NCBI GenBank assembly: GCA_951406725.2
Contig: OX597814.1
Span: 21,204,001 to 21,268,000 of the forward strand
Length of the DNA stretch: 64,000 bases
Origin: Octopus vulgaris
Taxonomy: Eukaryota
Direction: 5' to 3'
Positions within the stretch are counted from its first letter, which is position 1; every line of letters begins with the position of its first letter. The notes below the pieces were generated by a model, which saw only the letters and a program-made list of their open reading frames with translations, was not told where the DNA came from and ran no database searches. A program made the translations under genes and the position numbers. Below are positions 48,601 through 61,539 of this stretch, in pieces.

Positions 48601-49056
48601 TGAGCCAACACTGTCGACCCGCGCTTCGAGGACAGTGTTAAAGTCTCCTACTAAGACTACCGTTTTCGACATCACTAAAAAGTGCTCCAGATTCCGAAAA
48701 AAACCCGACTGCCTACACTCATTCGGAGCATAGACAGCTACCAACCTGAAGGACTGTTTACTTACGTGGGTCACATCCAGAACGACCAGCCTGCCTTCTG
48801 GGTCCAGAAAGACAGTACTTACCTGCAAGTCCAAGCTCTTCCTGATAAGGACTGCCACGCCCCTTCCTCCTCCTCGGCTAGGAGAAATAAATTTCTCGAA
48901 ACCATTTAGAAGAGGCGAGAACGCTTGGGCCCCGTTCATCTTGGACTCGGTTACAATAGCTACGTCCACTCCGTGTGTCGTGAGGTCGTTCAGGAGACAA
49001 ATTTGTTTCCATTTCGACCCCATTCCACGCACATTCACACAACCCAGCTTTGCCAT
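45683..49056 (-). pseudogene. Tx1/L1 ORF2 (APE, RT, C-terminal CCHC), frameshifted
   Basis: CVNVRG, VYAPN, VGDFN, YTDH, GYWKLN; NYRPITLLN, LDQSKAFDRV, RQGCPLSP, AYADD; CPRCGLDDETVQHAFVHC. Confidence 0.92.
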
Positions 49057-49755
49057 TGTCGGAGAGAGAAAAAAATAAATAAACTCACGGTTGGGACAGG
49101 GAGCATGACAGTTTAAATCTGCATGCTTCCACTTCTTCCTCCCTTGTGGTCGTAGCTGCAGGGCTCTTAACCGGAGTTGCCATCGGGCTCTGTGTAGGTG
49201 TGGTTGCCGGGGTTATAGTAAGTTTGCCCTCCAGTATTTCGTTAGTTACGTCTCTGATAAGGTTATTTTAAAAATGTTATTGGAGTGTTTTTTCCTTCCA
49301 CTCGTCTTCCTTTATTTTTGCAAAACGAGTGGTCGACTTAGTGTCTGCAGACTTACTCAATAATTTCAGTTTTGAAAATTTAAAATACTTGAACACTCTA
49401 TCGTTTTTCTCGTCGAATGCTACAATCTTTTCATTTTTTTTAATCAATTTTTTCCAATCTTGTTTTATGGGGAGGGGCTTGGCGAACTGTGTTCCAATGA
49501 ATACAGTGCCGTGGGGGATAGGGCTGGGGAATTTGTTTTGTATGTATCTCTGCGGTGTTTGCTGATTTTTTCTTTGTTTGGGGAGGGGAGTCCAGGGTAT
49601 TTTCTTTTTTTTCTTTTGTGTGTCACCTGTGTAAATTCCATTAGTTCATTTTTATCTTCCGTTTCGATTCCCTTCCTTGTCGCAGTCTTGGGGTCTTTTT
49701 CCGCCTTTCCTTTTTCTGTGTTTGAAGCACTTTGAGGAGGGGCTTCGCTGTTTTT

Positions 49756-50522
49756 CTATTTTTTTATGCAGTTCGAGTGGACGTGACCCTTTTCACCACA
49801 TTTGAAACACCTAGGTCTGCGCCCCTCCACTGACACTCTCATTGTAATTCCCTCCTCAATAAATACCCTATCGGGTAAGTTTTCTAGCACATTATTTTCT
49901 GCTTGAACTAGGAGTTCAAGCGCTTGTCCCTTCCAGTTTACCTCCTCTTTCCTTTTCATCTGCAGAATTGAGACTTTCTGCTCTACGTCGTGCAGAACCG
50001 CCGCTGCTACCCACATTATATCATATCCTCTTGGAATGTCTTCCACATATAGTTTCGCAGTTCTTTTTCCCATATAGGTAGGTAGTAACATGATGTCCTC
50101 ACTTTTTAAGGTCATCGATGAAATCTCTCTTGCCACATCAGCCGAGTCGAAATGTGCTTCAACGGTAGCGCTGCGGGTACCTCGACCGACGTAGCGAATT
50201 TTGCTCCACACCAGGGACAAGCACTTCTCTACTATTTCGTTCTTCACGTCCATTATTTTTTCTCTTTGTTACTGTAAACCTTGTATACGACTGTCTTGGT
50301 CTTTATTTCCTGTAATATCGCTTGCGGCGGTACCAGTTTTATTTCGTTGCCTTCCTTTTTTACCAAGTTCCGGTATTCGAACAACTGTTCTATTTTAAAT
50401 TCTACTTCCGTTACGGTTCGGCCCACTGCGGCCGAAAAAGACTGTTTTTTAACCTCGATATCCTTCTGTTCGCTTTTTCCCATCACGGGAAAGTCGCTCC
50501 TCGACGCCAAATCGAACTCCAT
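49756..50522 (-). pseudogene. Tx1/L1 ORF1 with CCHC knuckle, frameshift near 50253
   Basis: SFSAAV N-terminus; RPRCFKCGEKGHVHSNC. Confidence 0.85.
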
Positions 50523-53500
50523 TTCTCAAATTATGAGAACCAATTTTTCAATAATAAAAAAAAAAAATTACTCCGAAGGTAATAACAATGTTTATACACA
50601 GAATTTTCAGCCCCGTAGGGCGAAAATACTGTCACACAACGAACAACTGTTCAAATTCACGAGCAAACACAAACAACGACGAACAAAAAACGAACTCACT
50701 CAACAAAATAGGCAGCTAACTTCTCAATATGCAGATGAAAGAGGGGTCCCAAGACGAGTCAAAACACCAGATCACGATGAAAGACAAGGCCTGTTTGCAA
50801 ATATATAAGAGTTTTCCTAGTGACGTCTGCCACTGATTTCGAAAAACTGACTGTAAGCATTATTAAATCTCAGAACGAGATGTAAACAGTAATCGCTCGA
50901 CAATGTAAAGTATAAAAGCCATCTCAATATGGCTAACCACAAAGGGGGGTGTTACTGTAGCTTTTTAGCCCCAGGAGATCAGCGTCTCCAGCTGGCTTTA
51001 GACACACTTTCTGTGCCCTTCAGGTATTTGCAAAGGGAGACCACCCCTTTCTCGTAAGCCTGAGTGATACGCACCGGACCGGTTATTATACTTTACATTG
51101 TCGAGCGATTACATCTCGTTCTGAGATTTAATAATGCTTACAGTCAGTTTTTCGAAATCAGTGGCAGACGTCACTAGAAAAACTCTTATATATTTGCAAA
51201 CAGGCCTTGTCTTTCATCGTGATCTGGTGGTTACCGCCCGTTGATAAGAGACAATAATCTTACGAGGAAGGGATGGCCTCCCTTTGCAAATACCTGAAGG
51301 GCACAGAAAGTGTGCCTAAAGCCAGCTGGAGACGATGATCTCCTGGGGCTAAAAAGCTACAGTAACACCCCTCATTTGTGGTTAGCCATATTGAGATGGC
51401 TTTTATACTTTACGATAACGAAAGTGGGTTCCGAAAAAGTTCATGTGGTAAAAGGACTCACAAAGGAAGATACATTGTCTCACACAATCAAAATTCACGA
51501 CACCAAAACTGTTCATTATCCCAGTAAATAACCTATTTCAAATTAGTTTCTCACCTTGACAAACTCTTCAAATTTTTTTCCTAAAGGAATTTGCCCAGTA
51601 CTAAGAATACATTCTACGTGTCATTTGTTTTAACACTGAAAACGCTTCTAACGTCCTCAGCGTGAGGGAACCTTGCAGATAACCATCTTTTTCATGTCAC
51701 AGAATTTCTTTTTCCTTTCTCATCGTGCTTCTTTATAATTACGGCATAGCCAGATCTGTCAATAACTTTCTTTCACTAAGGTACACATTCAGTGGTCTCT
51801 TGTCCCTTTTTACTTAAGTCAAGTTAATGTTATTTAACTTGAAAGCAAAGCTAGGAATACCATTCTATGTTTCCCATTTTGTGCATCCTCACGGTGAGAA
51901 ATGTATTACAAGACCGCCCTACTGTAGATTTTCTTTGTCTAATTCTAGTGGTGGTAACATTCAATGATCTTAGATAATTCTACCCACCATATTCTGCCTT
52001 ATCTTCATTAAAGTTCGACGATAAAAGTATTTAAGGACTAGGTCGAAGATATTCAACCTGATCGTAGGCCTACTACCCACTAAACGCCTTTGAAATTGGT
52101 GTTGCTTCCTCATTGCACTAGCACCATATAGATAACATTTGAGCTCACTCTATTCTGGGTTAAGTTGAGTTAATTAGCTGTCTTTTTGTAATTGTAAAAT
52201 TCACGTTTCGTTAGAGCCATGGTGTTTGAAAACTAAAAAGGAAATAGAATCTTAATTCAATTGCTGAGACAAGTATAAATCATAAAAAAGTTACGTTTAT
52301 GTTTCTAAATAATAACTTGAATTTCCACTGTGAAAATATCGAAAAAAAAAAACCGGCAAAAAAACTGCAGTTTTAGGTCACTAGTTGAGCACAATTATTC
52401 GTAAAGGTTACACTTCACCTTAGCTGATATCAGTGACTTGCTGCTGCACGCCTGACAGAAGATACAAAAAAGAAAACAACACAAAAAAACCTTATTCTCA
52501 AACAACGAAGATCAATTTACGAAGCCAGTTAACTTTGAAATAGAACTATAAATGCTTGATATCACGTTCTCATAATTACTATCACGTCTTTAGTTATTCA
52601 TTTTCTTTGGCATTCATGAAACATTCACAATTGTAAATTTATCAAAATCAAAGTTTAAAGTTTCGCTCTGAAAAAAAAAACACATTTAATGAAGACAAGT
52701 AATATATCATCAAAATGTATGTAAACACATAGGAGAAAAAGTTTACATATACATATATATGTCGTGTCAAATCACCAAAAATACTGAGAGGAAAAGTTAA
52801 TCGTTCTTGTCCTGTGTAGCTTTAAAGGACATCGTATTATCCAGTAGAAATTACACTATGGTTCTTCGGTTTCGACAAATTCGACGCTTCATCGGATTGA
52901 AACGATTGATTATCACACTATTGCTTATTATGTCTTTATATGGCCTAAGTATTGCCGGTAAGATTTGATTTCCACTTTATAAATCCAACATTATATGGAT
53001 CATACTTACAGCTATTTTGTTCTTTGATCTTTGATCTTGTTTATAAAATTATTTTCTCTATGTTTATTTTAAACAGTGACATTGATTAAGCCTAATGTTG
53101 CTTGACTAATCATGCGATTCAATTCTGATATTTCATGAAATAAAATATAATAATTTTAAATATTTTTTCAAGAATAATGATTTAACTTTAACATATTAGA
53201 TGAGTAACACAAAACAGGAATACCTTATCATCAAATTTTCTTCGTAGCAGGAAAAGAAAACTTAGTTTAAAATGTTGTGTGAGTAGAGGATTTTTCATAT
53301 TCTTTGTAAAACTCCACTTCAAAATTACTACTGACCAAGCTAATAAATATTGTTGCATTCAATATTATCCGAGATTATAAAATTGTATATTCCGAATATC
53401 TTATCAACTAAAGTAGATTATGTTGGCAAATAAATTTATTTTGTTAGAATACATAATGCAAAAACATTGAATTGATGAGCTACAAATATTCTTACACTAA

Positions 53501-54393
53501 TATAAGTAATATTTTTGTTTTGAAAATATCTTTATAATACATGTTTACAGACGTTATCAAATTTGACAATGTTTCTATGCTTTAAATTAACCTTAGCAGT
53601 ATGTAACAGTAATTAACATTCGTTAACATAAGCAAATCAACATACTAGCCTTATGCGACTGTCTTATATAGCTTTTTTGTTGTCTATTCTTTTTCTTATT
53701 TCATTTATCCTGCTTCACAGTAACTTGACGTTATATTAAATGCACACCTTGCTTTGCATCTGTTTTATAATATCTGACCAATGCAATACATTTGAAAACT
53801 ATACGTATCGATTATTGATAATATATCCCCCGGTTTTGACTGAATTGCCCCCTATTATCTACTTGGAATTTATCGCTTGTAAGAAAATTTCTGAACAATA
53901 AAAATTGGTAGATTTGCTCTATATCGGATAATAGAGGATAATTAAGGACCAAAGAACTGGGATATGTAGAGAGAACTATAAATTGAAGCAATTGCTTTAC
54001 AGCGGAGTTAATGATGCAATTTTTTAAATGATACATTAGCAATATAGACACAGGCCCATGCACCAGACTAATATAAACAGGTTTATATGCATACACGCAC
54101 AAATACGTTCATGTGTATGTGTGTCTGAGAGAGATAGGGAGTGTTTATTTGTGTGTATGTAGGCGCATTCTGGTTGGGTAGTTAAATTCGTTTCGCAGCC
54201 ACGAGGTCCTGCGATCGATCCTACTATGTGGATTCTTGGGTAAATGTAGTTTTCTATAGCTTCGTGTCGACTTCTAAATTGTGGTTAGACGGAAACTGTT
54301 TAGATCATCGTCATACAGACTGTATCTGTAACTCAAAATGTACAACCTTGTCACACATTCTGTCATGGTGATTCTGCCTTAGAACTATGTAAA

Positions 54394-54657
54394 AGGCGGT
54401 GAGCTGGCAGAATCGTTAGCACGCCGGGCGAAATGCTTTGTGGTATTTCGTCTGCCGTTGCGTTCTGAGTTGAAATTCCGCCGTGGTCGACTTTGCTTTT
54501 TATCATTTCGGGCTCGATAAATTAAGTGCCAGTTACGCACTGGGGTCGATAAATTAAGTACCAGTTACGCACTGGGGTCGAGATAATCGACTTAATCCGT
54601 TTGTCTCTCCTTGTTTGTCCTCTCTGTGTTTAGCCCCTTGTGGGTAGTAAAGAAAAA
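54394..54657 (+). mobile_element. tRNA-derived SINE (family A) with internal ~32-bp duplication
   Basis: ggcggtgagctggcagaatcgttagc head; tcgataaattaagt(g/a)ccagttacgcactgggg occurs twice. Confidence 0.85.
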
Positions 54658-54699
54658 GGGTAAAATTACAGATTAACACCCGCACGATTTTCACTTAGA

Positions 54700-55000
54700 A
54701 AAAAAAAAAAAAACTCGGATTTTTTGCGTGGAATCAAGTACCCTGACCTCCTAATATGCTGCAAATCCCATATTTTGGTCCGGAATTGCTCCGGAAAGGG
54801 GGGTAACCCCCCTCGGAATTCTCACAAGGAAAAAAAAAAAACCTCAGATTTCTTGCGTGGAATCAAGTACCCTGACCTCCTAATATGCTGCAAATCCCAT
54901 ATTTTGGTCCGGAAAGGGGGGGTACACCCCCCCCCCCCGGAATTTTCACATGGAAAAAAAAAATCAGATTTTTTTGCGTGGAATCAAGTAACCTGACCTC
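54700..55000. repeat. ~120-130-bp tandem repeat, ~2.3 copies
   Basis: ggaatcaagta(c/a)cctgacctc recurs at 54730, 54859 and 54980. Confidence 0.85.
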
Positions 55001-55947
55001 AAAAACAAAAAAAACCGAATTTTTTAGATACCTTTCTGCTTTTTAAGACAATAAAGTGTTATTGGAGGGAAATCTGGCTGCTATTTCTAGCTGCCTGAAT
55101 GACAACATAGCGATTTACAGATAAATGAATTAATTACTATTTTACAGAATAAAATTAATGAATTAATTATATAAATTAAATAATTCTTGAAAATTAATTA
55201 ATATTAATAATATTTTTTGAACAAAGTAAATAATTTATAAAACTTAAATAATAATTTTTTTTACACAAACGCGAACGTATATAATTTGTGAAACTTTGAA
55301 TTACGCGGCGGAATTACACCCAAAGCTTCTACAAGTAAATTTTATCAATTTCCTGACCACCATGTTTGGTCCGTAACCTCTATACATCCCTTATCTTTAT
55401 ATTTTTTTTACATTTTTATCATTTTTATTCCTATTTTTACTTTTTTACTTTTTACTTTTATTTCTATTTCTATTTTTACTTTATAACCTTATGCCTTTAT
55501 ATTCATTTATATTTCTTTATATTCTTTATATCCCCTTTACATCTCCTTATATCTCTTTATATCTTTATACTCTACATTTTTATATTTTTCTATACTTACA
55601 CTTTTTATATATTTTTTATCCTTCGTCCTGAATTCTCGCCCCTCCATCTTCACGTCTATATATGTATTTATTTATTTACATTACTTCAACATCCAAATTT
55701 CCTCATTCTACATTGAGAGAAGAAAGAGATGGACGCTTCCATTCTATGCTGTTGCCGCATTATGTCGTACGCGAATGAGAGGATTTGCATCCCCAACCAA
55801 GAATTTTTGATGTAACACATGTCCTTGTGGAAGCTGTTGTGCGCGGCTGAAGAAGGCCACAGACATACATTATGCATTGTTATAAATCTGTCTAATAAAG
55901 GCCCGAAACATATGTACCGCTGAATCCTTGGCATCATGTTTTTATTT

Positions 55948-55985
<38 letters not shown>

Positions 55986-57482
55986 TGTTGTGTCTGTGGA
56001 GATTAATTCTCTTTTGGTGCTTTATAATCTAGCACACTCACCGGTAAAATTTCCACTTATTTCTTTTTTAATGCAAGACGCAACAGAATATGCTTCAACA
56101 CACGAACTCACATAAATAATCTTGGAAACCAAATACAAAAACGATATATATATATACGTGTGTGTGTGTGTGTGTCTGTGTCTCGCAACGTGCTGTCGCT
56201 AACATAATTTCCTTCTGATCATATCACTGTCAATATCACCAGTTCACTGCAAAAAGTAATGAAGGAAGTTATATGCTTAACTTACGTGTGATAAATTCAA
56301 ATCTGTCATAAGTGTTGTGACTACATTTGCTCCAACTATCCTGCAAAAATAGGTCTCGTTCTTTATCTAATCAAATCTAATCAATACCCATTTAAACACA
56401 CTGGAAGCCCACTTCAGTATATTCTACATAGTAGATATCTCTTTCCTTGAAATTATAAATTACAATCTTTCTTTGAAGTTTATAACTAATTCCGAAATAT
56501 TAAACTGTTGACACTGTTCCATGCAAATGCATAAAATGAAAAAAAATACTAAAGCAACTAACTCTATCTGCAAATTACTTTACAGATGCCACATCATTTC
56601 ATCACGTTTTTTTTTTTACCTTGGCTGCGTTAAACGGTAATTTAGAAGAATTTTGATGAATTTTGATTAATCGGTTTTGCTGAATATACAGCCCACGACC
56701 AAAGATTGAGATAATTACTTGTTTATAGTGACATTTGTGATATATATATATATATATCAATAATATTTATAGTAGTAATTCTCCTAGTTGCAATTGTAGA
56801 GTTATGTCCCACTGTCCGTTATTAGGCCGAATTTATAAATGTACAATCTTAACTATAACTGGTAACTTTATATATAGGATGTTTTGTTTATATGGAAAAA
56901 AAAACGTATTTATAGCCATTTTTCCTCTTTTAGACTCAAACATAAACAAATTCTATGTAATTTTCTCTCTCTATTGTTGAAAATGTTGGTATATAAACAA
57001 AATTTATCTTTTTGGTTATAATATCTTTCTTGATAATCCTAAATTTTATCTTTACACAACATAACAATATTGTTGAAAATCAATCACCTATAGTATCCCA
57101 TGATAAAATTTCCTCTGTATTATCATCATTGGTTTTATTAGCGTTGCCCCTTTAACTGGTAATTAACATATTGGTTTGAGAACTTCCCCTACCCAACATC
57201 TTTATAGTCAGTTACTTTATTCTACTTCAAAATAATCTGGACAAGTTTTATGACCATTCCCACTATGTTCTGTCAACTCTGTCCTGCCCTTTCCTAACAA
57301 ACACAATCCTCTAATCTTAGATTTAGTAATTGATAAACAAGATTAATAAATTAAAACTGAACCAAAATCCGTTACAAGCTATGACCTCAACAAATTTTTT
57401 CCCAATGTCTAGTAAATTCTAAGCTGGAGTCGTGGCAGCATGGTCTTTGTCTGTCTTCTTATTCTATTAGAGCATTTCAAAT

Positions 57483-57625
57483 TATATTAATGTGTCCGAC
57501 TGATTAAAAATTCTATTTATTTATTTATCCAGCTGAGGATAGCCCTGCATTTAAATTGATGTAATGATTGCATTGTTCAATTAAATGGTACTGAATCACC
57601 TCTGGATATCCTGTTGCTTATTTTG

Positions 57626-57627
<2 letters not shown>
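57483..57627 (+). mobile_element. Copy of the 26025/62045 family retaining only the hammerhead 5' half
   Basis: cag CTGAGGA (57533-57539) plus long stem II; the GAAACGATC segment is deleted. Confidence 0.6.
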
Positions 57628-57660
<33 letters not shown>

Positions 57661-58042
57661 TGTGCGTGTGTGAGTGTGCGTGTCTGTATGTGGGAGTGTG
57701 TATGTATATATGTATAAGTAAGATTCAGTTGAATTAGGTACTTAAATTGAGGCATATTATACACCTCGGGATAATATACATACACAACAACAATATTATG
57801 TAAATATCAAACTTGGAACATAAAGACCAGCCAGATAATATTACCGCAGTGCATGAAGACAATTAGACCCAGCTGAGATCAATAATAATAATAGTAGTAA
57901 TCTTAATTTATCCCCTAATAACAACTTTAATAATCTTAATGATGTAAATATCAAAGATCCTTGGAACCCTTTAAATAATGTAAATTTAGCAACAATAATT
58001 TGTCTACGCGTAGAAATGAGGGTATTATGAATAGTACGCACG

Positions 58043-58128
<86 letters not shown>

Positions 58129-58129
58129 C

Positions 58130-58280
58130 ATGACAGGATTCTTTCAGTTTCCGTCTACCAAATCCACTCAAGGCTTTGGTCGGCCCGAGGCTATAGTAGA
58201 AGACACCTGCCCAAGGTGCCACACAGTGGAACTGAACCCCGAACCATATGGTGGAGAAGCAAGCTCCTTACCACACAGCT
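58130..58280 (-). mobile_element. SINE family B head
   Basis: cagtttccgtctaccaaatccactc..ggaactgaacccc..ccttaccacacagc. Confidence 0.8.
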
Positions 58281-59204
58281 ACGTTATACTTAATATTTAA
58301 TGTCTTATCGTTGCCCTCTTGTAATTGATGCGTATCTTCAAAAAAATCTTTTTACTTTTATCCTATTTATATAAATTTGATACCTCTTCATTTTTATACT
58401 AATATTATTTATATACTCTATATTTCTTTAAAATTTTAATTTTCTTATTACTTCTATATCTTAAAACATCTCTTTCCTTATAATTTTAGGTACCTTTTAA
58501 TTGCTTATCTATATTTTATTTTTAATTTAAAGGCGATGCTCCAGCATGGCCGCCGTCAAATGACTGAAACAAGTAAAAGAGTAATTATTCTTATTGCTAT
58601 AATACTATTTCTCAGTTTAGTTGTATTATGTTCGTTCTATTCCCATACAATGATTCCTTGTCACAGTTTAGAGCCTTGCCCCCTTAACCCTTACTCCGCT
58701 ATCCTTCAAAGTCTTCCTCTATTAATATTATGGTAATTAGTAACGGTTGGTCAGCTTTCTTTCTTTCTTTTCTCCTTATCCTCCCGTCTCTGTTCCTCAC
58801 TTATTACTGGCCTCGGCCTTGTCGATTTTTGGAGATAAAGCTTGTATATTTGGTTCCAACACAAATGACCTTGACATAGTAGTAGGGTGACCTGACCTCA
58901 AATCATTTTCTTACCACTGACCAGTAGACATTAAACAACTCCTTAACAGATAAACCTAGATTAGTGGAGCCGAACCCTCCTCTCTTGTTAGAAATAAAGA
59001 TAATTGGGTGACTAGTTTACTATTCCTTCCCCCTCCTAAAATCTCTATTAAGCACTAAATTTCTTTAGTTTGATCAAATTTATTCTATTCCGGTAAATGC
59101 ATTCCGTCAATTGAAATAGTAGCAGAATCAATCAACATATATTTTTGCTCTGGGGATTTTAACTACGTGAAATCATTTGAGTGTCCTTTACTTTGATATT
59201 CATG

Positions 59205-59293
59205 AATTCATCTGATGAAAACGGTTTCTTTACAATGGTGTAATGTTTTCATTAATTAATTAAGGGAGTCATAAGAAACGGTCGTAATGGATT
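59205..59293 (+). ncRNA. Hammerhead ribozyme-like motif with long degenerate stem II
   Basis: aattcat CTGATGA [56 nt] GAAAC ggtc GTA atggatt; 7-bp stem I including one G-U pair. Confidence 0.6.
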
Positions 59294-59567
59294 AACACCC
59301 GTACCACTATTGTTACTCATTTATATATACATGTTTATACATACATATACATATATACATACACACACACGCACGCACTCGCGCGCACACACACACACAC
59401 ACACACATACACACACTTTTGCGTTCATCTGCATATATATCAGTATCGATCTACTACCATATATGCATGCACCCAAAGAGTATATGAATATACTTAAGTT
59501 ACCACGTTTGTATATTCATGGATATATGAATTTATGCATTTACGTACGTATATATATATATATATAT

Positions 59568-60656
59568 GGCAACGAGTGCAGTGAAGAATTCCGGGTAGAG
59601 GTTGGGGTCCACCAAGGTTCAGTCCTCAGCCCCCTCCTATTTATCATAGTCCTCCAGGCAATAACGGAAGAATTTAAGACAGGATGCCCCTGGGAGCTCC
59701 TCTATGCTGATGACCTTGCTCTAATTGCTGAGTCACTATCAGAACTGGAGGAGAAGTTTCAGGTGTGGAAACAAGGATTAGAATCGAAGGGCCTCAGAAT
59801 CAACCTAGCCAAAACCAAAGTCCTAATAAGTAGGAAGGTGGACCAACCACAAACGACTTCAGGTAGTTGGCCCTGCTCGATCTGTAAAAAAGGTGTAGGT
59901 AGAAACTCTATAAGGTGCACCAAGTGTAAGCTATGGACACATAAGAGGTGCAGCAATGTCAAAGGTAGGCTAACTGGGAAGATAGTTTTCGTATGTGGCA
60001 GATGCTCAGGAGAAATAAACACTGGAAATGTGCAGAGACCAACTTCTACCACGTTCCAGGGAGACAAACTAGAAGTAGTTGATAGCTTCCGCTACCTAGG
60101 AGACCAAGTCAGTAGTGGGGGTGGGTGTGCTGAAAGTGTAACTGCTAGAGTAAGAATAGCCTGGGCAAAGTTTAGAGAGCTCTTACCCCTGCTGGTGACA
60201 AAAGGCCTCTCGCTCAGAGTAAAAGGCAGACTATATGATGCATGTGTACGTACAGCCATGCTACATGGTAGTGAAACATGGGCCGTGACTGCTGAGGATA
60301 TGCGTAAGCTCGCAAGAAATGAAGCCAGTATGCTCCGATGGATGTGTAATGTCAGTGTTCATAATCGTCAGAGTGTAAGTACCTTGAGAGAAAAGTTGAA
60401 CCTAAGAAGCGTCAGTTGTGGTGTGCAAGAGAGACGGCTGCGCTGGTATGGTCATATGACGAGAATGGCTGAAGATAGTTGTGTGCAAAAGTGCTACACC
60501 CTAGCAGTTGAGGGAACCTGTGGAAGAGGTAGACCCAGGAAAACCTGGGACGAAGTGGTGAAGCACGACCTACGAACTTTAGGTCTCACCAAGGAAATGA
60601 CTAGAGACCGAGACCTATGGAAGTATGCTGTGCGTGAGAAGACCCGGCAAGACTAG
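59568..60656 (+). pseudogene. RTE RT C-terminal part with a PHD-like insert
   Basis: GVHQGSVLSPLLF, LYADD, C4HC3 cluster, FRYLG, LHGSETW, RRLRWYGH and RGRPRKTW. Confidence 0.9.
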
Positions 60657-61382
60657 TCAGGCCGTAACCCGTGGCCCCTACCTGGGACGTAGTCAGTCCA
60701 CCTGTGCATACCTTCCTTCTTGTGACACTTGTGAAGACCTGTTGAGGCAAGTGAAAATCAAACAAAATCAAAATAGATGAACATCAATGGAATTTGTATC
60801 TTTGTGGTACCAGTGCCGGTGGCACACAAGAAAACCATCCGAACATGGCCGTAGCCAGTACCGCAACGACTGGCCTCCATGCTGTGGGCACGTAACAATC
60901 ACCATCCAATCGTGGCCAACCGCCAGCCTAATCTGGCTCCTGTGTCGGTGGCACATAAAAAACACCATCCGAGCGTGGTTGTCTGCTAGCCTTGTCTGGC
61001 ACCTGTGTCAGTGGCACATAAAAACACCATCCGAGCGTGGCCGTTCGCCAGCCTCGTCTGGCACCTGTGTCGGTGGCACATAAAAAACACCATCCGAGCG
61101 TGGTCGTCTGCTAGCCTTGTCTGGCACCTGTGTCGGTGGCACATAAAAACACCATCCGAGCGTGGCCGTTCGCCAGCCTCGTCTGGCACCTGTGTCTGTG
61201 GCACATAAAATCACCCACTACACTCTCGGAGTGGTTGGCGTTAGGAAGGGCATCCAGCCGTAGAAACACTGCCAGATCTGACTGGCCTGGTGCAGCCTTC
61301 GGGCTCCCCAGACCCCAGTTGAACCGTCCAACCCATGCTAGCATGGAAAGCGGACGTTAAATGATGATGATGATGATGATGA
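59568..61382 (+). mobile_element. 5'-truncated RTE LINE inserted in (TA)n
   Basis: Open RT C-terminal half, 3' UTR with tandem ~58-bp units, (GAT)n tail; (TA)n on both sides. Confidence 0.92.
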
Positions 61383-61461
61383 TATATATATATATATACA
61401 TATATATAAATCCCATTTTCTATATGTATCTGTATGCAAAATTTTTTAATTTTTACACCTA

Positions 61462-61518
<57 letters not shown>

Positions 61519-61539
61519 ACTCTTTTACTCTCTTTTACT

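Larger units (their letters stand above)
45432..50764 (-). mobile_element. Full-length Tx1/L1-clade LINE
   Basis: 5' UTR, ORF1, ORF2 and a 3' UTR ending AATAAAGAATTAA; 14-bp TSD CACCAGATCACGAT at 45418-45431 and 50765-50778. Confidence 0.93.
45189..51413. mobile_element. Composite insertion of a 323-bp monomer (1.6 direct copies, short linker, 1 inverted copy), interrupted by a LINE
   Basis: 12-bp TSD GATAACGAAAGT at 45177-45188 and 51414-51425; monomer = 45189-45431 plus 50779-50858; second copy 50859-51058; inverted copy ~51087-51413. Confidence 0.85.

Noticed and set aside
59310-59567. N-terminal part of the 448-aa ORF
   Set aside because: Read-through of (CA)/(TA) microsatellite sequence; RTE homology begins at ~59568.
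60800-61210. CRISPR-like regular repeats
   Set aside because: No unique spacers; it is a tandem repeat in a LINE UTR in eukaryotic DNA.
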